Source of the DNA: Rhodosorus marinus CCMP1338
Lineage: Eukaryota > Plantae > Rhodophyta
DNA: 64,000 nt
Direction of reading: 5' to 3'
Assembly (NCBI GenBank): GCA_029953675.1
Contig: JAMWBK010000001.1
Span: forward strand, 1,860,001-1,924,000
The position numbers and the translations under genes were made by a program. The notes under the pieces were generated by a model. It saw only the letters and a program-made list of their open reading frames with translations. It did no database searches and had not been told where the DNA came from. Shown here piece by piece: positions 25,010 to 38,660 of this stretch (positions are counted from its first letter, which is position 1; every line of letters begins with the position of its first letter).

Positions 25010-25795
25010 CTATAAAGCGAACCCGGCAGATTGCGGGTCTGACAGTAATCGTTGATCGTGCGGAAGAGAGGGCCATCTAATCGTCAATATCACTGCGTCA
25101 GAAACTGCTGACCATGCATGAGCAACCTCTGGTATCCAAAAGACGTAGTCACCACGACGCTCTAGGAGAACCTTTTGAGTTTTGCGCACTTTGGTTAGGT
25201 GTGAAGTAACAGGAGAGATACAGATAGAGCGCTCCACCTCTAGATTTAAGGCGGTGCCTTGCGCCGATAAAATAGATAGAAAAACTTTGGTTGTACAGTT
25301 TGGGATGATCCCGGAAAGCTCACCTTCTGCTTCCCAAAGTCAACAAGGAACGTTCCTGAAATGAGAATGCACAAAGTATCGGACTTGATGTTGAGAGTTG
25401 CATGCTTGTCGTTTGTTCCAATGGTTAGTTCCGCCCATTTAACTTCTACTCGATCAGTCTTTAGGAGGTTTTCCGCGTTCACAAAGTGCCCAGCAAACCA
25501 GCCACCCCTCTCCTTACCTGCAGTTTCCACGTTGTGAGGCGATAGATCTGGTAAGCAAGGAGCTGACAGGGGTGATATCCTGCGATTTGTTTGCTCCTGG
25601 TTCTATTTTACCTTCCAAGGCAGCGTTCCCGTACTGTAATCCATTGACTTTGCTCCTTGCTGCGCTTAGAATTTGTTCCTTTTCAGCACGAGGCTTTGTT
25701 CTATCGCGTTCGCAAGACGCTCCATAGGCTCTAAGCGACAGCACGGTTAGCAAGGAAGAACAAACTGCAGAAACTATAGCGGTCACCCATGCCAT
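25010..25795 (-). CDS. Bacterial-type small cupin-fold protein with N-terminal hydrophobic leader
   Basis: complement join(25010..25171,25324..25517,25612..25795), phases consistent. GWFAGHF...VEVKW...TLCILISGTF...GDYVFWIPEVAHAW...VILTIRWPS. Confidence 0.8.
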
Positions 25796-28264
25796 TCTGA
25801 ACTTGATGCTGTCTGTTGCAGGGTGGAGAGAAGCTTTCCTTCCTGTCCGCTGCCTTTCGAGTCCGGGACCTCGGACGTGGAGTAATCTCGGCAAATCTAA
25901 CAAGCTCTCAACAAGGGGAGATAGGACAGCCAGAGGTCCGGACACAGCGGTTCGTCGAGCGCAGCGAGGTGTGAGCATGCAGATGCAGGGTTGAAAACGT
26001 AAAAAGCGAGGAAAAAAGCTCAAGAAGTGGACAATTTGAACTTGAGAACGTCCATTTCCTAAGTCAGAGTGGATGGCCAAGGGTTACGGATGCAAGGTGT
26101 GAGAAGGGCGCATGCAAAAGCCACCACCTATGGTTGAGGAATGCCTGGTGTTCACAATGAACGTCAAGATAGAAAAAAATTCTTGTGCATGAAGCACTCC
26201 ACCGCAGTTGGCCGACTAACTCCGCCCCGCTAGCAGGACGACATGAATGCTTTTTGAGCCACGGAGCAAAAGGGACTCAGGCGCGGTCCGGTGGGCTGAC
26301 GCGGCTGGGCGCGGGAGAGGGGGGCGGGAGTTCCGCGTAGCACCATCGGTGTTCTGCATAGTCATCAACTGGGTCGACTTGTGGAGTGAATCGTGACACA
26401 GCTTCTATAAAAAGCCACTTCCAGCTCGAGGAGGCTCCGGCTGAGCAAGATCTGGAAGACAGGGTTGTGAGATACCATGTTCGTTGCGTCCTGACAAAAT
26501 TGAAATGGTTAGGTTAGGGACTTGACAAAGGTTTTGAAGGCGAATCGGTTGTCGTGGTGGGTCGTTAAATCCTATATATGCAGTGAGTTGGACTGCACGA
26601 GGTTCCCAGTGAATGAGATTAGCTATCCAACTTGTGCCAGAAAATCGCCAACTCAGGGCAAGAAGACCATGTCTATCATAGTCGCGCGACTCTTGAAAGA
26701 TACTATTCGCAGACTGGAACATCGAAAGTGTATCCCTCCTCGGGTGAAATTTGTTTGTGAAGACCTTTTCGTCGCTACCGACGACAACCCAGCTCGTGGA
26801 TATGAAATTCAACAGTTGACTCGTAGAATCTATATAAAATTTCCAGTGGACTCGGGTACGTATGTATCGGAGCCGGACGAACTCTGGTTGTATCGGCAGG
26901 GGAGAGGAATCCACGCTCCTAATTGGCACTGAAGAGAGAGAGAGAGAGCGAGATAGAGATGTACAGGTGAGTTCAAAGATGTCACAGAAGACAAAATATC
27001 TATGGATCTGAGGTCAGAGAGGCGCGGTTTGCTCAATCTACGTGTTTTCCTCGGACGAGTATAAAGATGCTGGGGAGATGATCACCACCAGTTCATCGAA
27101 CAAATTCGTGGAGGAGAAGAAACACAAATTAGCTGTAATGCCTTTTCCCAATGCATGAATGCTTCACAACTCAGGTGGAGGGCGACTCTACATTCAAGGC
27201 TCATCCTCCAATGGCTCTGAATCCAAGTTCCGATGCGCATGGATTTCGTATCGGTAGTAGCAATTCTCTTGGTGTTTGACCCTTAACAGACACGAGAGTC
27301 TCCTCTGAATTCCCATGCTGCATGATTTTGCCTAAGCACCCGTCGCTATCTCTGTGTAGTGGATACCGTTGTTACACCCAAAACGGGTATCAAGAAGCCA
27401 AAATCTCGCCATCCTCCAACACCACCGCATTCATGCTGGGACAAGCCCCACTAAATGCAGATCCTTATTCCAATTTAATTTACATACCAACAGCGCTCCA
27501 ATTTCATTTAATTTTTTCATCGACGAAATCCTGTCCCGGGCAAATCAATATCCGAATGAGAACATTCACAAATACAATTTTTTAAATAGTATTTAGATAA
27601 GTTCGCATGATTGATATTCAATTAGAAGAAGAAAAAACTGAGCATCCACGAGTTCAGCGACCAAATGCGCTCAAGCCGGAAAAAATAAAATACAAAAAGA
27701 TAGAAAATGATTACAAAGTATATCATTATGTAGCAAAACTTAGATGATTTCGTAGGGATGGTTAATTTTATTCTAAATTTCGGGTCTTTCGTGACCGAAC
27801 GGAAAGCGGAGATGCCGTCTGAATACGAAAAAATCAAAGATGTTCAATGAAATCAAGGAGAAATAACCAATTTATGGTTCTACCGAATGGGGGTTTCGGG
27901 TTTTCGTGTACATGAGTTTCTTACGGCGTGGTGGGTGGGGGTGGGCGAGTCGGTTGGGACTCGCATGTGTTGACAGCTAGTAGATTTGTGGAGAGGATAG
28001 ATTCATTTTACAGGATAGATTCATTTTACCCATATCCGATTGCATGGTAGGAAAGAGGCGATTAATTCCTTTTGTTTTTATTTGGGATGCCACCTCCCGG
28101 CACACACCCGAAGATGCCTAAAAACTGACTGATGCTGGTACGCATTTGAAGATCGAGCGTGTTAACGGGCAACAAGATTTTGCCTTCCGTCTTCCGCATG
28201 GCAAAGTCAGCACAGACAAAAAATATTAAAATCTAGCCGGGTATTGCTTGGAGCCCTAGACCAC

Positions 28265-28550
28265 AATTCCCGAACTCTGACTTGCTGGACAGAGCCTGCC
28301 CCGTGGATCTGAATGGACAAGGAAGTGCTTGTCCTCTCAACGGACCTTTTTTGTTTTGGCAAGGTACCGACAACAAGTTCACACCAACAGAACTGTTTCG
28401 TAAACCTGGCGTATCCCGTGGAACTCTGGATTAACGGACAGCGCCTGCGCCTTGGATCTGAATGGACAGGGAAAGCTCGTCCTCCTAACGGCCATCTCTT
28501 GTGGCAAAGGTACCCACAACAAGTCCACATCAGGAGAACTGTTTCTAAGC
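28265..28550. repeat. Old tandem duplication, period about 149 bp
   Basis: GGATCTGAATGGACA at 28305 and 28454, with further colinear matches (GGTACC.ACAACAAGT, AGAACTGTTTC). Confidence 0.6.
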
Positions 28551-30545
28551 CGCGTGTCCTGGGCGTGTTTCCAGACGTGGCTGTTTTGATGGTGTTGTTG
28601 TCAAATGGAAATAACCATCAGGGGGAACACAATACTTTTTTTGTTTGCTTGTGTCTAGGCGACAGCGTCTGTCTATAGCGGTTGAGTTTCCTTGGAAAGT
28701 AATAAAAAAAGAGTAAAAGTTAGAAGGCGTCATCTGAAAAAACCAAGTGTGCCCATGTCCCCTGTTCACTGCTGTTTCGGATGTCAAGGAACGCCGTTTG
28801 GATGTGTTGGCGAAAGAAGATATCTCTATCCAGGAAGCGTCGCAAAAAAGATATTTCCCGTTAACGGAAATTTAACGAACAAAAACGATGAAAAAGTATC
28901 TAAATACCTGCAATTCTAAAATTTGGTATTTCCTCGCTCGAATCGTTTTCCTTCCAACCTACTTGTTATTGGCTACTCTCTTTACCAATCAATGACGCCG
29001 AAATCAAATTCCCAAAAAATATTGAAATTCGAGACACGCTCTTGGCGCGATACTCCTCCGCGATCTTGTTTTCATGAAAAAGTATTTCCAAAATTTCTTG
29101 CTCCACGGTCGCCCTGATAGCCCAACTGGGAATATAGATAACCAAAATCACGTATTCCAGCTTTTCCGTAATAGAAAAGGGATTGTCCGCAACCAAAACA
29201 GTGTACAAAGAAACTTTTCTCAACCCCTGTTAAAATAGATAATTGAACATCCGCCCCTAAAAAGATTGTGATCCCCCCTATTCAGAACACGGAGGGACAA
29301 TATTTATTCTATTATGTTAGAAATATCGAAGATCGGATTTGGAAATATCATTTTCCTATCTAGTGTCGGGTAAACCAATATTAGAAAATCGGGAGAACTA
29401 CCCCTACCCCTTAGTGCTCCAACTTCTTTAAAACTGAGTCATCTTACCCCCTGAGCAAACCGACCAAAAACAACTCATCAAGAAATCCGGGAAATCGAAA
29501 TCTAATCAAGCCGCGCTGGGTTGGTAAGGGGGAGAGTACAGGTGACGCGGAGGGGTCTGCCTCTATCGTTTTTCTAGACGTGACAAAATTTTCACGAAAT
29601 ATGACCTTTCTCCCTATCTCATCTAAAACCCCCAAAAGACTCGATCACTTCCAGTAATATACAATTTTGTTGCGTTTCCTCCCGTCGAGGTTCCAGAGTG
29701 ACCCACCCCCCCCTGATGAGCATGCACTCTTCCATGCAACAATTTATTTCCAAAATACACATAAAATCATCCAATCAAGTTCATTATGTTTCAAGATCTG
29801 AATAAAATCTACCAAAATTGCTCAGATTCGTGTGAAAACCCCAACCCTAATCCCCTTCGAGCAAAACCCCCCCCAACACCCACAGTTTTCGGCCCTCACT
29901 CTACAAAAAAATAGCGAGGGGGGTATCACCGGGTCCGTGCTCTGTTTAAATCATACGATACTAATAATATCTCAAGTGTTAGTTTTGTATCTACTGAACA
30001 AGGGGCAAGGAAAATCCATATCTTACTTTAGAGGCATATGCTTAAGATGGGTTGAATTAATTGGAAATGTTTACAATGAGATGTGAAGAAGAAAGGGGGT
30101 AGAAGGGGGAAGGGGTTGAAGGAGTACTTGTTTCTCCCCCTAAATAACCCCCAAAATGGGAAAACACGAAAAGAGAAGGAGACGGGTTGGGGTGTGGGAG
30201 GAGGGGTAGGTTGAAAGACGTAAAATAGCTCATTTTTAGCTGGAAAGACTATGGGGAGCTTCGGCCGAGGTAATGGTGCATTTATAAAAGAGCATTTTTT
30301 GAGGGGTTTGAGGACGGTAAGAGTTTGGTGTATAGTGATGGGGGAGGTTGTATGTCTGATGCAAGATGGGGAGGAAGGAGAAGGAAGAGAGCTAGAAAAG
30401 GAGATGTGGTATAAATCTGTGAGTCTGTTGTTTTGAAGTTTTGTCGTAGGTTGGGTCAGTTTTTGTTTTTGGTTTGTCAGTGGTTTTTGAGCGTTTTGGG
30501 GGAATCTTCTTTTTTTTGTTTTGGTGGCGAGCCGGTTGTGTAGAG

Positions 30546-31603
30546 ATGAGGACGTTCGTGGAGACGATCGCGGAGGAGTATGGCAATCGCAGCGAGCCGC
30601 CGGAGATTTTTTGCTCGTTGAGAACCAAGCCGAGCGTTGATGAGCTGCTGGGTTCTGTATCCTCGAATGTTTCGTTGAATGGGGGCTCTGTTACCCCTTC
30701 CCACAGAGGGCTGCAAGGTGAGTAGCGAGGGCCTGTGCGCGTAGCAGTTGCTGTGCGTTTGGAAGGTTAGTATATTGAGTTTCGATGGTTTCGTCTGCTC
30801 AGGGACGGATGACCATGATTACCCTGACACACCCGGGAAGGGAAGTGGAAGTGGCTCAACCACTCCAAACGTTTATTCGTACGCGGTCGAGGGTGGCAGG
30901 GACAGCGAAGAGTTCGTTCTTTCGCCAGTATCTGATGAGGGTGCGGAGTATTCGGAGAGCAATAGGGAGGACAGGATCTTGCCAAAGAAGGAGAAACGTG
31001 TGAAGGCTCAGAAATCTGAGTCGACGGTGGAGGTGAGATTTGTTTGGAGTGGTCCGGTGAAGGAGGCTGTATATTTAGTAGGAGATTTCGCTGGTTGGGT
31101 TGAGCGTGTACCACTAGAGCCGCAAGGGAACGTATTTCTGGCCACGCTTGATCTCGAACCCGGACTGTACAGATTTAAATATATTGTAGACGGTGAATGG
31201 AAACATGATGAGTACGTCCGCGCGCTAATTGTAACCGCCTTAATGTCCGCTCGGGCAGCCTAGCTGATTGGATCACTCGTTTCCTGTTTCTTGCAACAGA
31301 CGCCGAAGGACTCATGTCGACGAACATGGAAATGTGAATAATGAAGTCAGGGTTGGTCTGAAGCCGGTCAGGTTTGTGTGGAGAACGGGAGCGAGAGAGG
31401 TCGGAGTAACAGGTAGTTTCTGTGGGTGGAAGCATGTTATCAACCTTGTGCCTGGCAGTGGGGAGGAGAGGAAAGTGTCGATAATGGTCCCGCCTGGAGT
31501 GTACGAGTACAAGTTCATCGTAGATGGGCAGTGGCACCTCGATTCCAATGCACCTAGTCGGAAGAATGCCACTGGGCATTGGAATAGTGTCCTGAGGGTA
31601 TAG
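30546..31603 (+). CDS. Protein with two tandem CBM48 (AMPK-beta type) glucan-binding modules
   Basis: join(30546..30717,30803..31211,31300..31603). Module 1: VRFVW...VYLVGDFAGW...LEPGLYRFKYIVDGEWKHD...GNVNN. Module 2: VRFVW...VTGSFCGW...PPGVYEYKFIVDGQWHLD...GHWNSVL. Confidence 0.85.
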
Positions 31604-31810
31604 GCTTACCTGGACGTTGGCTAACGATTTGCACAAACCCCCGTTGCTGCTGAACTTTACCCGCAGCTTTTTAACTAATGTATTATGCAATACGATCTCA
31701 CTGTATCTATAGAATACCGTAGCTTTGTGAATCCAGAGTTGAGCTGTTCGCCGCCGAAGTAGCGAGACAGTTCTTCTCCATTTCTCAGCTAACATATTGC
31801 TGAAACGTAT

Positions 31811-32389
31811 TCAAATAAAGTATTTCGCAAGAGCTTGGAATTCACGTGCTGAACCTTTCCAACCAGGAGCGGGCAAGAGCTTGTTCTTCTCCATAACGAA
31901 GTTTTTCGACTCCACCGGGTCGCCCTCTCCATCCTTCACATGTGCATTGATCACCTCAGAGACATCTGCAGTACCCACCGCTACTTCGTAAGAGTTGAAC
32001 AACAAATAAGTTTCCTGGTCCCCAGCACGATAGATTGTGCACTCGATCTCCTGAGTTTCAGGGTTGGCAGAAATTTTGCCAAACCACGACTAGACAAATC
32101 ACGAAACGGAATAAGGCATGTCAGTTCTCCTGATCCGCTTCTACGCTTCCGAACCTCTTCCAGGATCAGCATGCGGATAATCAAACGGCGCACATACCTC
32201 GGTCGTCGCACCATAAACGTCAAACTTAAAAACGCAAGTAGAATCTGGGATCGGCGGGGTGTCCAACGGAATAATCGCTTCCCCTCCCTCACCTCCAGGA
32301 ACAATCACGAATCTAACCGTGTTCGTCTTCCCGAACGTTGATCTCAACAAGGAGATCAAACATATCACAAACACCACGCGACTGATCAT
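31811..32389 (-). CDS. MYDGF/UPF0556-like secreted protein, 156 aa
   Basis: complement join(31811..32089,32198..32389), phase 0. Signal peptide, then VRFVIVPGG, TCVFKFDVYGATTE-SW, IECTIYR and TYLLF, colinear with human MYDGF VAFDVRPGG, TCMFTY..GGTNEQW, FTCTIWR and SYLYF (recalled). Confidence 0.8.
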
Positions 32390-32964
32390 CGCCACTTCAA
32401 ACGAATACACAAAACAAAACAAAAAGGTGATACAGTGGTAATGAAAAAAATACGACGACGTAGGTGTTCACCCTTCTCACGCGACACTGAACTCCCCAAA
32501 ACGACACAACAACCCCCCGTTCCCAACCACCTCGAACTCGTTCTCCCAAGTGAAGAGAGCCTCACGCCAGTACGTCACCACACTAAGCAACACACCTGAT
32601 GACCACGCAAGGACAGAGGTAAACCTTTCTAATGCCTTCCCGATCGGATTGTTACCGGTCACATCTGGTATAGAAGGGGCACCGGTCGACGTTTCGAAAC
32701 CCGAGAGTAACCTGAACACTTTTGGATTCATAGAGAGCTGGAGTGGTGAGGACGCTGCAGCCCCTTCTGAATATCTGTGCTCACACAAAGCCAACTTCAC
32801 ACAGGAATCGAATCCAAGTGGAGAGTAGCACGGTCATGGACGAGAGAGATCGGGCGAAAGGGGCCTGAAGACGAGTCTAACGATTACAAAGTTTTGTTTG
32901 ATATGGCGGTGGTGGGGATGTTCGCGGAGTATAACTGGACAGCTGTGCAATAGATTCGACAGCT

Positions 32965-34447
<1,483 letters not shown>

Positions 34448-34626
34448 GCCGCCGGTGCGGATTGTTTCATGAAGGAGAGTGACCTCATGTAGACGGAGTT
34501 TGTGACTCAAAGGACCTGTACATAGAGTTTGCTTGCTTCCTCCTGTGAACGGCAGGGTTATAATCCTTGAGAACTTTTATGGTGTTCTCGTTCCTCCCAG
34601 TAGTTTGCTGACAGAATCTTGTCGGG

Positions 34627-35259
34627 ATGGCCAGGACAAGATTCTCTGGTCCTGCTCTCCTCACACTACTGCTCTGCTGTGAGCAGAGCAGTGAGCAGAG
34701 CAGTGAGCAGTTCGTTGTTGGCGAAGAGAGCTGTGAATCGTTAGCGTCTTGTATACTTTTTCGGTGGCCTTTAGTAGGTGCGGGATCTTCTAGAAAGGAC
34801 TTGCGACTGTGGATTATAGTGCTGTACATGATTAAATGTTGTTCATACTGAGTAAGAGCCAGTCCTTGTCAAAGGCGTTTCATTCCTGCAGATGTCGACG
34901 AAGGTCATTGGTGTGTTGGATTTCCTAACCCTCCATCCGAATCACCAGAGCAGTGTAGCTTTCAGATTGAGGTCTGCGATCCACTTTCAGGCTTTTTCCC
35001 CACTGCAAAGTTACACGTGTGCTTTTCCGGACCTTCTCCAGTCAACGCCCAAACTCTCCGTTTCAGGTCGTATGGTTCTAATCTGGATGGACTTGTCCAG
35101 GCAACATTCCTCAGCGCAAACCTGCGCACTACTTCAAACGCTGTGATCGAACCATTGAACAACACTTCGGAATGGATGAGAACGACTTTCGATTCCGTCC
35201 CTGTCCCCTTCACACTCGAAGGATGTGTAGCTTGCGTCGTCGGGTACTTCTACTATTAG
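34627..35259 (+). CDS. Putative secreted cysteine-rich protein of unknown function (about 157 aa)
   Basis: Signal-like ALLTLLLCC. Tentative join(34627..34732,34892..35259); the second exon is stop-free for 121 codons, has 6 Cys and ends GCVACVVGYFYY*. The donor choice is uncertain. Confidence 0.45.
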
Positions 35260-35553
35260 TCGGCTTTGGAATTCGATGGGGTTTCGTGTTCGTTCCAGTC
35301 AACGCCCAAACTCTCCGTTTCAGGTCGTATGGTTCTAATCTGGATGGACTTGTCCAGACAACATTCCTCAGCGCAAACCTGCGCACTACTTCAAACGCTG
35401 TGATCGAACCATTGAACAACACTTCGGAATGGATGAGAACGACTTTCGATTCCGTCCCTTTCCACTTCACACTCGAAGGATATGTAGCTTGCGTCGTCGG
35501 GTACTTCTACCATTAGTCGGCTTTGGAATTCGATGGGGTTTCGTGTTCGTTCC
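35037..35553. repeat. Near-perfect tandem direct repeat, 257-bp unit x2
   Basis: Units 35037-35293 and 35294-35550. I count 5 substitutions between the copies. Confidence 0.95.
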
Positions 35554-35691
35554 GATCTTGTCGATAGGTTGATTGCTCTGGCGACGTCGTTGTCGAGTTT
35601 ATGAGCCAATGTTGAAATGGACGAGGTGGGTTGATGGTTGCAGTGCGTCCTAGAGACGCGTGTGTTGATGCTTTTGGCTGCGTGAGGAAAG

Positions 35692-36957
35692 ATGGATGAA
35701 CAGGGTGACGCTGATCAGGACGAATTGAGGAAAGAGTTTGAAGCATGGAAAGAGCAGATTGGAAGGGAAGATGAGATGTTAATGAAAGCTGAGGCTGAAG
35801 ATGAAGACAGGAAGTCGAAGGAGAAGAGCGTGAACAAGAGTAATCCTGCCGTTTTGATTGAAGATGTACAGAGTGCCGAGGCAAGGGAGCGTGGAAATGG
35901 TCTCTTTGGGGAAGGAAAGTTTGAGGTGGCAGTTCAGTGGTACGATGCGGCTGTTCAAGGAGCGGGATCGGAAACGGACAGAGCGATCGCGATGAACAAC
36001 CGGAGTTTGGCAAAGCTGAAGCTGGGCGACGCACATGGTGCAGCCGCGGATGCAAAGGAGGTTCTTTCGTACGGAACGCTCGATCCACAACTGCAGCAAA
36101 AGGCGTCTTTCAGGTTGAAGGCAGCTCAAGAGCTCCTCGAGATGGGAGAGGATGCACTGCGGGAGAAGGGAAACGCGGCCTTCAAGCAGGGGAATATGGT
36201 AGCCGCGAGGAATCTTCTCACATCGTCCATAGAGAAATTGGGGGATAGTCTTGCGCTCGGTCTTAGCAATCGCTCGTTAGTAAACCTGAAGCTTAAGGAC
36301 TATGCTGCAGCAGAGAAGGATGCCTTAGACGCGCTGCGCCTGGAACTGCCGGACCAAGTCCGAAAGAAGGTACTCTATAGACAGGCGACTGCCGTAGCCA
36401 ACCAGGGAAGATTTCAAGAGGCCGTCGGTCTACTCGAGCATATGATTTCCGAGTATCCGGACTCGACAGAAGCTCAATCGGACCTGAAAACCGTCAAATC
36501 CAAGCTAGGGTCCGGCCGAAAGGAACCGCAAGCTGAGGGGTTCCCTGCGACAGGCCTACAGTTTCCCACAGAGGTTCCTAGCGAGGCTCCTTCAAGCTTT
36601 TACCAGTTTGAGTTGCTTTGGAGAAACTTCGCACGGAAGGGCGCCGAAGGCCACAAGCTCAGCCTATTGAAGCAAATAAGCCCGGAAAAACTCCCGCAGT
36701 TGTTTGGTGAGAGCCTCAGCCCCGAGTTCGTAGAGGACATGGCCAGAGTTCTGACACGAACGGAAGAAGAAGATCACGAATGGCTTATGGATGCCCTGGA
36801 ACAGCTCGCCAAAACTCGACGGTTTGACCTGGTGCTTCTGAGCTCGCCCGGAGCAAAAGCATCTTTCAGCAAGCTGTTTGACCGCCTCTCAAGCGAGGTG
36901 AAGGACCAGCCCTCAGATTGGGAAAGAACCAGCTCCCTTAGGAGAATCTATTTGTAA
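35692..36957 (+). CDS. TPR co-chaperone, RPAP3/Spaghetti-like, intronless
   Basis: Two TPR clamp blocks (RERGNGLF...NNRSLAKLKLG; REKGNAAFKQG...SNRSLVNLKLKDY), followed by an RPAP3_C-like PSSFYQFELLWR...LPQLFGESL...RRFDLVL domain. Confidence 0.8.
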   Translation: MDEQGDADQDELRKEFEAWKEQIGREDEMLMKAEAEDEDRKSKEKSVNKSNPAVLIEDVQSAEARERGNGLFGEGKFEVAVQWYDAAVQGAGSETDRAIAMNNRSLAKLKLGDAHGAAADAKEVLSYGTLDPQLQQKASFRLKAAQELLEMGEDALREKGNAAFKQGNMVAARNLLTSSIEKLGDSLALGLSNRSLVNLKLKDYAAAEKDALDALRLELPDQVRKKVLYRQATAVANQGRFQEAVGLLEHMISEYPDSTEAQSDLKTVKSKLGSGRKEPQAEGFPATGLQFPTEVPSEAPSSFYQFELLWRNFARKGAEGHKLSLLKQISPEKLPQLFGESLSPEFVEDMARVLTRTEEEDHEWLMDALEQLAKTRRFDLVLLSSPGAKASFSKLFDRLSSEVKDQPSDWERTSSLRRIYL

Positions 36958-37993
36958 AACGTCGCGGGCGTACAATTTCGGCACGACCGACCTTCAAGAA
37001 CAGAGGCCAGAAGGACCTGGTAGGACTTGCACAAAAAAGGAAGAGGCGAACGCCCAAACCTGTATCGTAGGATTCTATGAACACCTATTTTCAAGCACGC
37101 GACGGCTTCAACGGTATCCAAAGTTGGTCTTCGCACACCATCGGTTACCAAGCTGTCCACTTTTCGTTCCGACTGGGAAACTAGAATGGGCGTGAACGAG
37201 ATACTCTGTATGCGGCAAGACAGAGGAGTGCGAGACTGACATCGAAGTGTTGGCCTCCTCAACGGAACGAGGAAGGCTTCACAGAGCGAAAAACGCCACC
37301 CACAGAATCAGAAAGGACTGAGTCCTTGAATTCGTTCTACAAGCACGTCTTGCCCATGCTTGCGCCATGAACTCAGCCCAACGACCACCGAAGGAGACGC
37401 AATGCTTAGCTTTTCTTCGAATATCAGAATCTCTGGAATTTTAACCGTTCGATCGGAATACACTAAAAACAGTAACAAAACTAAAAATCCTGATTCGACT
37501 TGATGCTGTGATCTGTCCCAACGCTGGTAACTGCAATTTACGCATCCACAGGCTCTCTTTCCTAGGACACCCAGCCTGGATCATTATCATTTCAAGGAGA
37601 CCACACGCTACAGTGGTTTACTACCAGTCATCCAACGAGACCATCATCAACCTACGTGCTGTCCAAATGACATTACAAACCAAACCATTTTTCGAGTTCG
37701 ATTGCGACACCAACAAGAACCCCATCAAATTTCAACGCATTTTAACATCTACAGTTCTTATTTAAAAATGAAGTTTTTTCAAGAAAGTCATCAATGCTTT
37801 TGCACATCCAGGATTGATTAGTTTCAAAGGAAATAGATATGAAACAAAATACCATGGAAAATATTGAGAATATTATTCCACATTTTGCCGGTGTCAAATT
37901 TTATATGATAAATATTATCTAAAACGAGCTTGTTTCATGTTCATGATAAAATTTATGAAAAAGCTATTGCGTGCTGATTTTCATTTTTTTTCT

Positions 37994-38007
37994 CAACTGT
38001 CAGCCGG
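37994..38007 (+). promoter_or_regulatory. Family-associated upstream element CAACTGTCAGCCGG (copy 1)
   Basis: About 370 nt upstream of the ATG at 38373; identical 14-mer at 43953-43966. Confidence 0.5.
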
Positions 38008-38372
38008 AAATATTGTTTCTGTTGATGTACCCCTTGCTTACACCTATATCAAAAACAATAATTCATATATTATTGTTATTATTTAAAGTATATGGTATTC
38101 GTTGGAGTGGTTGAGGGGGTGCACGAAGGTGCTGTTCTTGATCTGTTGCTGTCGCGCGAGTAAGGGCTCGCGCGAGCTCTTTGGTAGTGGGCAACGACAG
38201 GGACGAGAAGCCGCTGGGCAGGATCTTCGCTACAAGAGCCAATTCCCGTCGTCTAGTTTTTGGTATAAACAGGATCGAGTTACCCCCTTGATCACTGCCT
38301 CGCACGTGCGATTAAGTCATCCGAGGTAAGGACTATCTGCTCTTTTTGCTGATCTGGTAGTGGTTTTGGAGA

Positions 38373-38660
38373 ATGTTCAACAGATATGATCCAGAGAACA
38401 ACGAGTGGGTTGAGAGTGAGAGGAGGTACCAGGAGGAATTGAGGCGGGCGTACAGGGAGGACAGCTGGGCTGAGAGCGACGGCTATAGGAGGTCGAGCTA
38501 CAATTCTCGACGTCACGGGGCACCGGGGTTCTGGAGACGGAACCGAAACGCCTTGTTTCTTGGAGTGGGAGGAGCACTCGTGTTTGGAGTCCCGGGAGCA
38601 GTGGTAGGCACGTTTTATGGTGTCTACAGCGACAAGAAGAGGAACTACAATTCCTACTGA
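38373..38660 (+). CDS. Small glycine-zipper membrane protein, paralogue 1 (95 aa)
   Basis: Charged N-terminus, then FWRRNRNALFLGVGGALVFGVPGAVVGTFYGVYSDKK. GxxxGxxxG in a hydrophobic stretch; three paralogues nearby. Confidence 0.75.
   Translation: MFNRYDPENNEWVESERRYQEELRRAYREDSWAESDGYRRSSYNSRRHGAPGFWRRNRNALFLGVGGALVFGVPGAVVGTFYGVYSDKKRNYNSY

Noticed and set aside
26403-26510. FYKSHF...VVRYHVRCVLTKLKW resembling an XRN exoribonuclease segment
   Set aside because: The following XRN motifs (YYxG..SWxW.YPYHY) are absent. The region 26.1-27.3 kb probably holds a gene, but strand and identity are unresolved.
31605-31613. CTTACCTGG resembling the U1 snRNA 5' end
   Set aside because: No U1 stem-loops or Sm site follow. 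It is simply the complement of a donor-like sequence in a 3' UTR.
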